A DNA stretch of 64,000 bases from an uncultured Nitrososphaerales archaeon (GCA_963695855.1 CAVOHZ010000008.1:384001-448000), one strand, 5' to 3'; shown: positions 20,690 through 32,168, numbered from the stretch's first letter. Numbers and translations are program-made. The notes: generated by a model not told the origin, from the letters alone.

Positions 20690-21180
20690 CTACTATCGAT
20701 TTTATTTTTCTTAAGTCTGTTAATCCGATTTTGTCTACTAATTCTATTTTATTTCTGAAATTTTCGATCTGTTCTTCTGTGCAGGATAAAATAGGATATG
20801 GACCTTTAGCACCAATTATTCTCTTTTCTCTACTAATTCCATTTTTTTTCAGAGAAATCAGAGCCTGACCTGAGAAATGTCCTCTAACATCTTTACCACA
20901 CATTAAAATAGTGTGTATTTTTTTATTTTCTTCTGTAAATTTTATGATCTGATCTATTCCTCTATTCTCCGAAAGTAGTCTACCGACTATCGATATTTTA
21001 TTCATAATTTCGCGATCTTTTCCAATTTTTTCTAGTAGTTTCAAACTAGATAAAGTACAAATTGCAATGTGACTCCCGTCTCCAAGAAAATACTGTTTTT
21101 TAATTGGAATTAAATAATAACAACAAATTCCAAGTATTTTGTCGAATTCAGATCTTATTGAGGATTCTTTTTTTATTCAT
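20679..21180 (-). CDS. Soluble MtrA-like (corrinoid-binding) protein; true start uncertain (ATA at 21176, or ATG at 21180 with a 1-nt frameshift in an A7 run)
   Basis: IAICTLSS, ENRGIDQII, CGKDVRGHFSGQAL and IIGAKGPYP motifs. The frame stays open upstream of the called start at 21044. Confidence 0.8.
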
Positions 21181-21209
21181 ATTTTCAGAGTTTGTGTCGC
21201 ATGAAATTA

Positions 21210-22175
21210 TTAATTGTTCTTGATTTCCTGCTTTCTTCTTTTTGATTGAATTATTCCCATCAACTGAAAACCATATTCTATGTTATGTTTAACATGATTT
21301 ATACCATGTTTTCCTTTAGGGGCAAAACCTCCATCTAATACATTTTCCAAGTATAATTTTGTTTTCTTTATAGAATTGGCAGCGTGTTGTAATTGACTTT
21401 CGGACAGTTTTCTTCCTGCTTCTCTTTCAATAGCATCACTAAATTTCTCTGTTTCAATTAATTTACTGAACTCCTGAATCTTTTGATAGTTATTGCATAA
21501 CTCCACTACTTTTTTCTGGTCAGATTCTTGTAAATTTGAATATAAATTCTGTAAATCCTTTTCATTTCTTCCAGTTACTAGTTCTAATATTTTGATTATT
21601 TGATTCTCAATAGAAACACCACGGGCACCTTGTAAATCAAACGACCTTATTTTCAGGAGTTGTTGTTCCAAGTTAAACTTTGAATTTTGATAATAGTTAT
21701 TTATTGAAAATAAATTGACAGAATTTCCTTCTATATCTTTTCCATATTTAATAATGTGCATAAGATTTACAATAATTACAGGGAAAATTAGTTTTAGATT
21801 TTCATCAAGTTTATAATGATTCTCCATAACATCTCTATAAACATTAAAAGTTACAGTATTTACAACATCCTTCTTCTTCTCATCACTTATCCTTGAGAAT
21901 ATTGTTAACAAGTCATAAATTTGTGATTGCGAAAAAGTGAAATTATTATTAACAGAATATATTGATATTATCTTTAGAGCATCAAACCATTTGTCAGATG
22001 GATTAGACTTTTGATTATTTCTTAGTATTTCTGTAATTTCGCTTTTAATATTATTATCGTGAAAATTGAGCAAGTTAAATATATTGGTAATTATATCAGT
22101 CATCAAGACCTTTTCGTCATTCCAATTTTGTAAAATTACATGTTTATTCTGCATTGGTAGAGAATCACTGTTCAT
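21210..22175 (-). CDS. Hypothetical protein
   Basis: 321-aa helical-looking ORF with a C-terminal GKHGINHVKHN motif. Confidence 0.75.
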   Translation of the reverse strand: MNSDSLPMQNKHVILQNWNDEKVLMTDIITNIFNLLNFHDNNIKSEITEILRNNQKSNPSDKWFDALKIISIYSVNNNFTFSQSQIYDLLTIFSRISDEKKKDVVNTVTFNVYRDVMENHYKLDENLKLIFPVIIVNLMHIIKYGKDIEGNSVNLFSINNYYQNSKFNLEQQLLKIRSFDLQGARGVSIENQIIKILELVTGRNEKDLQNLYSNLQESDQKKVVELCNNYQKIQEFSKLIETEKFSDAIEREAGRKLSESQLQHAANSIKKTKLYLENVLDGGFAPKGKHGINHVKHNIEYGFQLMGIIQSKRRKQEIKNN

Positions 22176-22322
22176 AATAATCCTTAAGATCTACCTTTTT
22201 ATACTAAAGATTTCTTTAAAAACCTATTGGAAATTTTGAGATAATCTAGAAAAAAAGTATTAATCTGAATCAACACCATAATTATATACTAATATTTCGA
22301 TAGATCATACGATATCCTCAAA

Positions 22323-22856
22323 ATGAAAACAGATGGACTTGTATTGATTTATACTGGAAAAGGCAAAGGAAAAACTACTGCTGCATTAGGAATAGTATTA
22401 AGAGCTCTAGGACATGGTTTGAAAGTATTAATGGTTCAATTTATTAAAGGAGAGTGGTATTATGGCGAGCTTTCTAGTTCTAAAAGACTGGAACCAGAAT
22501 TCGAGCTAATAGCAGCTGGGCGAGGATTTATAGGCATATTGGATGATGATCATGAATTTGAAGAGCACAAAAGGGCTGCGACAGACGCAATCCGTCTAGC
22601 CAAGGAAAAGATATTGTCGAGAGCATTCGATATAGTTATCCTTGATGAAATCAATTATGCCATTAAACTGAATCTCATAACAATTGATGAGGTTCTGGAA
22701 CTCATCGATGTAAAACCCAAAGAGACTTCACTAGTTTTGACAGGTAATTATGCTCCCAAGGAAATTATACAAGTAGCAGATTTGGTTACTGAAATGAAAG
22801 AAATAAAACATCCATATAGATTAGGTGTAAAGGCTAAGGAAGGGATAGATTACTAA
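22323..22856 (+). CDS. cobO: Cob(I)yrinic acid a,c-diamide adenosyltransferase (CobA/CobO/BtuR type)
   Basis: YTGKGKGKTTAALG, QFIKG, ILDEINYA, LTGN and ADLVTEM..IKHPY motifs. Confidence 0.95.
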   Translation: MKTDGLVLIYTGKGKGKTTAALGIVLRALGHGLKVLMVQFIKGEWYYGELSSSKRLEPEFELIAAGRGFIGILDDDHEFEEHKRAATDAIRLAKEKILSRAFDIVILDEINYAIKLNLITIDEVLELIDVKPKETSLVLTGNYAPKEIIQVADLVTEMKEIKHPYRLGVKAKEGIDY

Positions 22857-24377
22857 ATATTATTAATCCGTCATTTTTAAAATGTCAAGTTCTATCATAA
22901 TTTTTGTATTTTCATAGAGATCGTCTATTGGAGTATAATATTTGTGAAAACTTATTAGTAAACTGATTAGCACAAAATATAACTCACTATGCGTTCAACT
23001 GCAAAACAAGAACATCCCTAGTTTGATGATGAAAGTAATTTTACCTATATTTATGATAATTAGTAACATATACTGTAATTAAAAGTGGAATTTAAGTCTA
23101 GTTTTGTAATTAGCATTAATGTTTATTCTTGTTTAATGGAACTAGTCAATTTGTACTTGATCTAGTTTGAAACTACTAGAAAAAATTGGTTTTATTCCTG
23201 TCATCAGAAATTGACAATATAAAAAAATGACTGTTTAGCTGGAAATGTTTTTCAAGAATTATGATTTACTGCTTTTGTAGTAAATAACTGTATGACAGAG
23301 CGACACCAAGGATAGTAATACTTTCGGTCATACATGAATCTGCATTATCCAACTGGTTTTCTCCAAGAAAAAGGAGATAAATGAATTCATCATCACAATT
23401 GCATTATTTTTGTCGTCGTAGTTGTCGTCGTTTGTATCCAAAACAATATGTTTTATCGCCGTTTTTAAAAAATATCATGTCAATCGATCAATCAAAACTG
23501 AAGAAAAAAGCAGTTCTGACTTATCACATTTTATCTCAAATTTTAATAAGAATTCCTCGCTACCTATTATAATCATCACTTTTTCTTAAAAAAATGATGA
23601 TTTGCAAATATCTGCTCTACTCTCTAGAATGACAAAATACTTTCAAATACCGTAAAAATACTGTGTTTCATTTAGTTTGACTTTTTAACTAAATAATAAA
23701 TTTAAATTTTACTATATTCATTGAGTAGAAGTTAGCTTTATTCATGTTTTAGTCAATAACTATAGGATCAAAATTTGTTTGTTTATGTATTTTCAAAAAG
23801 AAAGATCAAAAATTAAGTTCAACCAGATTATCGTAGAATCATATATTAAGCAAGACAGCATATATGGCAAAATTATCTATTTTATATGAATATACAGCAA
23901 AATAAGAGTTTTCTAACTTTTTTTGCTAATTTGATGACAAAATAAAACAAATTAAACCAAATACAAGAAAATCAAGACTGTGCTAGTATAAAAAGTTTGA
24001 TTATCTCAAATCATAATTTTTTTGTAACAAATATCTTTATTTTGCAGGATTCTAGAAGAAGTGTAGAGTATACAAATATGATATTAAAATAATTATTGTT
24101 TAAATTTCTATTAAATAGACTGTCATTGCTTTTAATATGTAAACGGACTTTTTAGCAGTTTTTTTTGAGAATATGAGGTTTATATTTGAAGTACCACGAG
24201 TTGCCCTATTTGATATCTATATTATAAGTACAAAACTAACAGAATAATTCGACTAATGAAATTCAAATATATGTTAGATTTTGAATTGCATTATAATAGT
24301 AGTATTCATTCACTGACTTATGACCCGGCCCAAAGTAAGTACATAATTAATATGTCGTTTGTTAGGGTTAATAAAAG

Positions 24378-25187
24378 ATGGAAGAATTAAAAAATATCCC
24401 AGAAGAGGGCGATATAGTTTTTGCTAACGTTAAACAAGTTACTAACCATGGTGCCTATGTTTCCTTAGAAGAATACGGCAATATGACCGGATTTTTACAT
24501 ATTTCTGAGATCGCAACAGGATGGATTAGAAATATCGAAAGATACGTTAGACCTAACCAAAAGATCGTTTTAAAGGTAATTCGAGTAAACAAGACAAGAT
24601 CTGAAGTTGACTTGTCCCTAAAACAAGTTTCGGGGGAGGAAAAGAAGTCCAAGATTATTGAAGTGAAGAAAAATGAGAAAGCAAATGCTTTCATGAAAAT
24701 AATCCAAGATAAGGCCAATCTATCAGAGGAGCAAATAAGACAAATTGAAGACAAAATATTGACTAAATACGATTATGTTTACGACCTTTTTGAAACAGTC
24801 GCAAAAAAAGGAATAGAAATACTTACACCATTTGAATTATCTGAAGAAATTATTAAAACGATCGAGGAAGAAAGCAATAAAATCTCCATCCCGCACGTTG
24901 AAATTAGAGGTATAGTAGAAATTTCCTCTCAGAAACCGAACGGAGTGGAAATCGTCAAATCGATCTTGAGTAGCGTGGAAACTACTAAAGGAAGTGTCAA
25001 GATATTGATCAGTTATATTGCTGCCCCAAAGTATAGACTTGTTGTAGCTGCGGATAATTTCAAGTTGGCTGAAAAAGCTCTTAATACCTGTATAGAAAAA
25101 ATAAAATCAGCTGTGGAAATTGATGACGGTCACTTTAATTTTACTAGACAAGAGTCTAAAAAAACTCAACAACAATTAATACATTAA
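24378..25187 (+). CDS. eif2a: Translation initiation factor aIF2 alpha subunit
   Basis: S1 domain (PEEGDIV, HISEI, DLSLK) and APKYRL. Followed by nop10, the usual archaeal arrangement. Confidence 0.95.
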   Translation: MEELKNIPEEGDIVFANVKQVTNHGAYVSLEEYGNMTGFLHISEIATGWIRNIERYVRPNQKIVLKVIRVNKTRSEVDLSLKQVSGEEKKSKIIEVKKNEKANAFMKIIQDKANLSEEQIRQIEDKILTKYDYVYDLFETVAKKGIEILTPFELSEEIIKTIEEESNKISIPHVEIRGIVEISSQKPNGVEIVKSILSSVETTKGSVKILISYIAAPKYRLVVAADNFKLAEKALNTCIEKIKSAVEIDDGHFNFTRQESKKTQQQLIH

Positions 25188-25188
25188 G

Positions 25189-25350
25189 ATGAAACATATT
25201 CTTAGGAAATGTATAGCGTGTAATCGTTATTCTCTAAAAATTCAATGTCCTTTATGCTCAAATCCTACAATTGATCCAAATCCACCAAAGTTCTCTCCAG
25301 ATGATAAATATTTAAAATACAGAGTTTCATCTTATCATTCAGAAAATTGA
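25189..25350 (+). CDS. nop10: H/ACA RNP protein Nop10 (53 aa; not in ORF track)
   Basis: Manual translation MKHILRKCIACNRYSLKIQCPLCSNPTIDPNPPKFSPDDKYLKYRVSSYHSEN shows a zinc ribbon plus PPKFSPDDKY. Confidence 0.93.
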   Translation: MKHILRKCIACNRYSLKIQCPLCSNPTIDPNPPKFSPDDKYLKYRVSSYHSEN

Positions 25351-25557
25351 TTCTATCTAAACCTTGATTTTCTTATTTTTTTTAATAAACTATCAATGTT
25401 TTCTTGACAAATTATTAGAAGTAATAATGGATAAATATTTTCCAATTTATTTTTAATGTTTGTTTGGTAGGTTTGTTTGCAAATTCACTGTAAATTCTAA
25501 CTTTTAAGCGAATAATTTTTAAACTAACTCAAAAAAAAGGATTGGATGTATTTTATT

Positions 25558-26391
25558 TTATTTTCCGATGCATATACCACTTGGGTTAGATGTCATACAA
25601 TTGTTTTGATCGTATTGGTTGTTATTAGTGTTGACTGGTAAGCCATTAGCATTGTTTACATCGATGGTGTTCATTAGGACGTTGTTAAAGAATACGAAGT
25701 TATCGTTACTTTGATTATCTACGTAGATTCCATTTTGTGATTCCGTTATAGAATTCAATGATATGCGCGCATTATCTGAGTTCACTAATGTTATTCCTGC
25801 TAAATCATTGTTGAACACGATGTTGTTAGCAATTTCGCTTTGTTGCGTAGAGTGTCCTGCAAAACCTATTTGGTTATTCATTATTGTTGACAGTTTTGTT
25901 TTAATTACTGAGGCACCAGTACTGAATATTCCTATTTGATTGTCCTTTGAAGTTATTTCAGATATTTCGAGATTCTGACATCCTGTACATAACACACCTG
26001 CTTGGAATCCTTGGATTGTACCATCTGCAATCTGTACATTGTTGTGATTAGGAACCATAATACCGACTTTACTAGAATCCTTTACTGCTGGTGTTGTTGC
26101 ATCCTCTGGTGTTACGTCTGGTCCTGTAATTGTATGTCCATTAAGGTCTATTTTAATAGAATCAGCTCCTACTATAATACCATCGGTTTCAGTACAAATC
26201 AAGTTTGATGTTAAAACTACATTTGTTGTAACTACCTGACCACATGAAGGACTTGTTGCTAAGGGTGCTGTTTGTTGTGGGGTAACTGATTGGGTCTGAG
26301 CACTCAAAGGTATTGGCTGCATTGTTATTCCTGCTACTGCAGAAAAAGAGACTATCGCTGCCAACATATATGCCATTAGTGTTCTATTCAT
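25558..26391 (-). CDS. Secreted right-handed parallel beta-helix (NosD-like) protein
   Basis: Signal-peptide-like N-terminus, IDLNGHTITG and repeated NNxxGI turns. Confidence 0.85.
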   Translation of the reverse strand: MNRTLMAYMLAAIVSFSAVAGITMQPIPLSAQTQSVTPQQTAPLATSPSCGQVVTTNVVLTSNLICTETDGIIVGADSIKIDLNGHTITGPDVTPEDATTPAVKDSSKVGIMVPNHNNVQIADGTIQGFQAGVLCTGCQNLEISEITSKDNQIGIFSTGASVIKTKLSTIMNNQIGFAGHSTQQSEIANNIVFNNDLAGITLVNSDNARISLNSITESQNGIYVDNQSNDNFVFFNNVLMNTIDVNNANGLPVNTNNNQYDQNNCMTSNPSGICIGK

Positions 26392-26740
26392 TTAGTAGAT
26401 GGTTTGGTATTGAGATATTTATGTTAATCTATTATTTATATTATAACTAAGTAAGTACGATATTTAATGTAACTATTTATTAGTACAATTGTTACTTATT
26501 ATATAACAAAATTACATTGAGATATGATATATACGTATATATTTACATTTTTAAAATAAAAATTATAATGCATTATTTTTTAGTAAACCATAATAAAAAA
26601 CCTTTAAAGATTGTGAAGTCAATTCTTTTTGATATCTTAGATAATTATCTTGTAGATCAGAATCTGAATATTTTTATTTCCTCTTTAGAACTTAATGCAA
26701 TTCAAAGAATTATAAGCAAAAATAAGGCTACCGATATCAT

Positions 26741-27772
26741 ATGAAAATAGCCATTGCTGGTGCAGGTGTAGCTGGAAGCTATGTGGGGTTCTCATTGCAG
26801 AAAAAAGGACATGATGTTACTATTTTCGAATCATCAAAAAAAGAAAATCATTGGGCAGTATGTGCCTGGGGCGCATCAAAAAACGTTCTCGGAATTTTTT
26901 CAGAGAAAGTTGGGTTAAACTTTGACGACTATATTTTTCATATAGGAAAAAAATTACGTATGGATTTGCCTAATAACAAAACAGAATTTTTAGAACTTGA
27001 TGGACTTGTTACTTACAATAAACAAAAATGGGAACAAGATATTTTAAAAAGAATGAATGTAATATATGATCATAAATGTATACTATCATCTTTTCCTTTA
27101 TCAAGTTATGATTATGTTCTAGACTGTACAGGAATACATCGATCCTTGTTGCCAAAATCTAAAGAAGACTTTATTATACCTGCATATGAATATCTAGTGG
27201 AAAATATCGAGAGCGATGATGAGTTCTATGTTATAGGTTATGAGGGAGCTAGAGGTTACTTTTGGTATTTTCCTCTAGAGAAGGGTAAAGGTTTTGTTGG
27301 AGCCGGAGACATTGATAGAAAATATTATGGAATAAAGGAATTTTTTCAACGTAACCCTTCGGCAAGAATATTGAAAAAGATAGGAAGACCAATTCGTTTG
27401 TCTCCACCAAAACGAATGGAACCTTTTTTTCAAAGCAATGTGATTGGAATAGGTGAATCAATTGGATGTGTTTTTCCAATGTTGGGCGAAGGGATTATTC
27501 CATCGTTGTTTTGTTGCGAAATATTTCTTGATGTTTTTAATAAGGACCCAGTTAAATTCAATTATAATTCCTACAGGCATCTAGTCTTAAAGAAATTTGA
27601 CTACTATGATAGCGTATACAGGATTGTCAGACTAAAAATGGATAATAAATTAAGTACAATTAAACATTTTCATTTAATGATGAAAATGTATAAACATATG
27701 AAAAAGGATGAGAAAAGATTTGGATTCGAGATAAATCTTGATAAAATGAATAAACTAGTCAACGCCCTTTAG
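26741..27772 (+). CDS. FAD-dependent oxidoreductase, geranylgeranyl reductase family
   Basis: IAGAGVAGS, CAWG, DCTG, GYFWYFP and GESIGCVFPMLGEGI motifs. Confidence 0.85.
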   Translation: MKIAIAGAGVAGSYVGFSLQKKGHDVTIFESSKKENHWAVCAWGASKNVLGIFSEKVGLNFDDYIFHIGKKLRMDLPNNKTEFLELDGLVTYNKQKWEQDILKRMNVIYDHKCILSSFPLSSYDYVLDCTGIHRSLLPKSKEDFIIPAYEYLVENIESDDEFYVIGYEGARGYFWYFPLEKGKGFVGAGDIDRKYYGIKEFFQRNPSARILKKIGRPIRLSPPKRMEPFFQSNVIGIGESIGCVFPMLGEGIIPSLFCCEIFLDVFNKDPVKFNYNSYRHLVLKKFDYYDSVYRIVRLKMDNKLSTIKHFHLMMKMYKHMKKDEKRFGFEINLDKMNKLVNAL

Positions 27773-28019
27773 GTTCATGCAATTTAGCTTTGCTTAAATT
27801 ATCTTTGAATAAATATACTTTTTATTATTATAGTTTTAAAGTTTTATATTGAATTGGTTACTAATATATTGGTCAATATTAAGTTCTGAAAAGATAGATA
27901 TTTCCAAAAATTTGAACTCTTCCAAGAATATTTCTAATACAGATACTGGCTAACATAAATTCATAATGTTATCTAATTGTTTTTACTACAACTAATTAAG
28001 CTGGGTAATTTACAGTCTG

Positions 28020-29010
28020 TTTTATTGTGTCCCTAACCTCTCTTAAACGACGAGTATATAAAAGAAAAAGATCCAAGTGTAAAGGAAGAATCTTGTTCGC
28101 AACAAGTGTTATAAAAGAAGTGTTATAAAAGAAGGAAAAGCGTTTTAGGTGGCAGAAAATGAATTAAACAAGTGAAGATGACGAGCTTGAAAGTGGTTCC
28201 TTAGATTTGATGAAGATGGACCAGGTTGATTGAGAGATTATCCAAGGAGTGGTAAACCTCCATCATTACCAAAGAATGTAATTGAAGATAAAAAAAGAAT
28301 TAGACGAGAGTAACATCAGAATGGATTTCAGACAGCTAATGGATCAAATATCCAAAAAGAACACATATATCGACTATTAAACAATGAGGTTTTAGTCCAA
28401 AAGTACAACAGAAAAATTTGTCAATATTGCATCAAAGAAGAACAAAATGAAATTCAAAAAGGAGTAAAAAGATTCTGAATTTAAAATCGCACTGCACTAT
28501 CCATGTATAGGATGAATTAATATTTCTATAAGATTGTGTGGGTAAAAGAATGAAGAAATGGAATTCCAAAAAATACCTATACTAACGATAACAAGCTCAT
28601 GCAAAATAACAATTATGTTTGGTTATCTATCAATAGATGGTAGGGGCTATTCAAACAATGCGACGAATTCAATAGTATTACATTTATAGATCATCTAAAA
28701 CAGATACAAACAGAAGGATTTAGTAAATTTGTAATGTTTGTTGATAGAGTAACTTCCCACTGCTCTAAAATCATTAGAAAGTTCCTTGATGAAAATAAAC
28801 ATGTTATTAAACTGGATTACTTTCCAGTAGGATCACTGCAGTTTAATGGTGTAGAAGGATGGTGAACGAAAGGAAAATAGAATACACCTCTTCTACTTAT
28901 TATCCTGTATATGATAATAGCAAAATTGCTATTTCTATCTATTACAGAACTAAAAGATTCAATCTGGATATAGCAAAATAATTCCTGACAACTATAGACT
29001 AGCAAATTTA
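28020..29010 (+). mobile_element. Degraded IS630-family transposase remnant
   Basis: Fragments YIKEKDPSVKE and FVDRVTSHCSKIIRKFLDENKHVIKLDYFPVGSLQFNGVEGW* resemble the IS630 DDE C-terminal motif. Many stops and frameshifts; ends approximate. Confidence 0.75.
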
Positions 29011-29246
29011 TAATGTTTAGTATAAGTATTTTCTATGTGCTAAAAAAAGTATGATAGTTTAAACATAAAGATATTAAGGGAGCAAAATATAAATTAAGGC
29101 TAGATTTTATTTTTTTAAATATGTTCAAATAATTGGTATTATAAATAAAAAATTATTACAAATTTATTAGGAAGAAATAAATTTGTATTTTATTTTTTGA
29201 AAACAAAAAATTTTTTAATGCTTTCTTAGAATATTGTATGTAACTA

Positions 29247-30078
29247 TTGACAAATGGAACCCGATATAAAATCTCAACCATAATTCCTGCTAGAAATGAA
29301 GAAAAATTCATTGGTGAGACTCTTTCATCTTTACTTAAACAGGATATAATAGAAAATAGAATCATAGTAGTTAATGATGGGTCTGAAGATAACACCAAAA
29401 AAATTGTTTCAAGCTTCAATCAAGTTGAAATTGTAGATATTAAAAACAGAGGATTTAACGCCCAGGGAACACCAATTCTTGCAAAAGTAATTAATACTGG
29501 ATTAGATAAATTACGAGGCGACACCAGTGAATATGTTATGATTTTGGGAGCAGACCATATTTTGCCTCCCAATTATATATCTATAATACTGAAATACATG
29601 GATAAAGATAATGAATTAGCTATTTGCTCTGGACAAATTAGAAGTGAAAATAGTGTTGTTCCACGGGGGTCGGGAAGAAATAGTACGTCTTGATTTCTGG
29701 AGTAAAATAGGATTACAATATCCGACCAATTATGGTTTTGAAACTTATTTGTTAATAAAAGCTCAACAACTAGGGTACAAAATTCAAATATTAAACAATT
29801 TAATAAGCTCTACTAATAGACCAACTAGAACATCTTATAAAAAAGAAAATTATATTTCCTATGGAAAATCACTTAAAGCCTTAGGATATAGCACATTATA
29901 TTCATTGGCTAGGATAGGTTTGATATCATTAAAAAACCCCAAAGGCGCCTTCTATATGGTTCAAGGTTATGGAAGCAAAGATTTAAACTTGTATGAAGAT
30001 GATTTTAGGGAATTTCTAAAGACATTACAACATAAAAGAATAAAGAGATACCTAAAACTAATGATTAGAAATAATTGA
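29247..30078 (+). pseudogene. Family 2 glycosyltransferase split by a 1-nt frameshift
   Basis: IIPARNEE, VVNDGSED and LGADH in the first ORF. Removing one A at 29678-29680 joins the frames as PRGSGR-IVRLDFW. Confidence 0.8.
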
Positions 30079-30145
30079 ATGGATCATTTTTCAATATTCA
30101 ATCATGGATATATTTAATATTTTTTAACATTTTAGGGATTTACGT

Positions 30146-30960
30146 ATGAATATATTACATGTGTGGGATCAAGCTGGTGTAGCTTGTATATTATCGAAGT
30201 TCCAAAGAAGGATAGGGGTCATAATATTTCAATATTAAAAAAGGACAGGTTATGATCCATTCAAAATTTTTTCATTTAATGATGAACCATTGATGGATCT
30301 AGATGGTAAGAAATTTATTGATTTTGTTCTTGAGGAATGCACCCAATATGATATAATTCACTTTCATTCCTTATATAAAATTGTGCCTCTAATAGGGAAA
30401 AAAAATAAAAACAAATTTATTATTTTACATTATCATGGGTCAGAATTACATAATGGGGCTTCTAACATGTCTTAAAAAGTAATATTAAGATCTGAGAATA
30501 ATTCAAATCTGATACTTGTTTCTACTCCTGATCTATTAAAATATTCTCCGAGGGCAATTTATTTAAACAATCCAATTGATCGTGAACACTTCAAACCTGT
30601 TAGATATAGAAAGTAATAATATCTATCTTATCATGAAAACAGATAACCTGGATATTGGTTTATTAAAAAATTATTTAAAATCAAATAATCTTGAATTTAT
30701 TTTAAATTCATGATAGAACAGCTAATCCCATTTTCTACAATGACATGCCATATTTTCTTAATAAATTTGATACCTATGTGGATATTCGTTTTATTAATAA
30801 TCGTTTGCTTGAAAATTTGAGGAAAACAGCATTGGAATGTCTTGCTTGAAACCTCAAAGTTTTAACCTATGATTTAAAAATAATTAATAATTTTCCTCAG
30901 ACACATGACGGATATGGAATAACAGCAAAACTTATGTTCATAATAAAATCTAATTCTTAA
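30146..30960 (+). pseudogene. Decayed GT4-like glycosyltransferase
   Basis: Fragments MNILHVWDQAGVACILSK, DIIHFHS, ILHYHGSE, VSTPDLL, NPIDREHF and TALECLA* lie in different frames with internal stops. Confidence 0.7.
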
Positions 30961-31019
30961 GGTATTATTTTATTTACTACACTTTACTCAACGGGAATAT
31001 ATTTATACTTAAATACTGA

Positions 31020-31645
31020 ATGTTAATAAGTTTCTTACAATCCCTTCGACTATTGGAAAGACCGTGGAAAGATATATAAAAAATTTTAGTTACGATAAAT
31101 ATAAAATTTTACAAGAATTTCTTCTAGATCACCTTGACGTCCTCGATAACTTTCATTCTGTATTGGAGTTGGGATGTGGATTTGGTCGAATCACCAAATT
31201 ATTGTTAACTAGGTATTCTGAAATTCAAGAATATTTGGCAGTAGATCTATCTGCCCATCAAATAGAAAATGCGAAAACTTATTTAGATTCAATAATTTTC
31301 TTGCACAAAGGACTTGAATTTCAAGTATCTAATATACAGTCATTTAAATCTGAAAAGAAATATGATTGAGTAATTCTTTCTGAATTATTGATGCATATAT
31401 TACCTTCTGAAATAGAGTCGGTAATAGGAAAATTCGTACCTTTCAAATAAACACATAATCAATATTGATTGGTTCGAGGAAACACTACCACAAAAAATTG
31501 CTCCACATAATTTTATTCATCCTTATGAACTACTGTATAAGAAATATTCTGAGGTGTCATCGGTTCAACGGATTCCTATTAGACGAAAAAAAATATTCGG
31601 ATCCACGATACCAGACAATCAATTTTCCACGTTAGATTAGATTAA
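31020..31645 (+). pseudogene. Decayed class I SAM-dependent methyltransferase
   Basis: DYWKDRGK then a frameshift, VLELGCGFGR, AVDLS, and premature TGA at 31367-31369 followed by VILSELLMHI. Confidence 0.75.
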
Positions 31646-31681
31646 TATATTAAATCTTCTTGCATAAATTATCTTTCCTTT

Positions 31682-32119
31682 TTAATTGTCATCATTATCT
31701 TTTTTTTCATCTTTTTTCCTTTCTTTTCCTTTGGTTATTTTTAGTAACATTTCTCTCATTTCCTTTTTTTCTTGGTCTGTAACTTTACCATCAATTAGAT
31801 CAATTACAAATAACCACATAGTAGCTCCGATTTTATTTTCTTTGAATAATGCCTCAGCTTCTATCTTCCATTGACTTTTTCTATGCCAATAGCCTATTAG
31901 TATTCCTATTGGTACATACAAAGCAACGAACACTATTGCGAATCCAATAATGTTACCCCCTGTAATTACGTCTACAGAAGGAATTTTATCCAACAGTAAT
32001 TTGTATTGGATCGTTATAAAATTTGCGAAAGTCATAATAAAAATTAAATATATACTGTGTCCTTGCCTAAAATCTAACCAACGTCTTCTAAACCAACTAT
32101 TACCTTTTTTATATTTCAA
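31682..32119 (-). CDS. Hypothetical membrane protein
   Basis: 145 aa with two TM segments and a WFRRRWLDFRQGH motif. Confidence 0.8.
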   Translation of the reverse strand: MKYKKGNSWFRRRWLDFRQGHSIYLIFIMTFANFITIQYKLLLDKIPSVDVITGGNIIGFAIVFVALYVPIGILIGYWHRKSQWKIEAEALFKENKIGATMWLFVIDLIDGKVTDQEKKEMREMLLKITKGKERKKDEKKDNDDN

Positions 32120-32168
32120 TACTGTTGTTATTATTTCATTTTAGTTAAATTGTTTACGTTGTTTCAAA

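Noticed and set aside
20679-21180. Evidence of methanogenesis (mtrA)
   Set aside because: Single soluble domain with no other mtr or mcr genes, and the rRNA indicates Nitrososphaerales.
26517-26744. 75-aa ORF upstream of the FAD oxidoreductase
   Set aside because: Low-complexity AT-rich translation that overlaps the likely promoter region; probably spurious.
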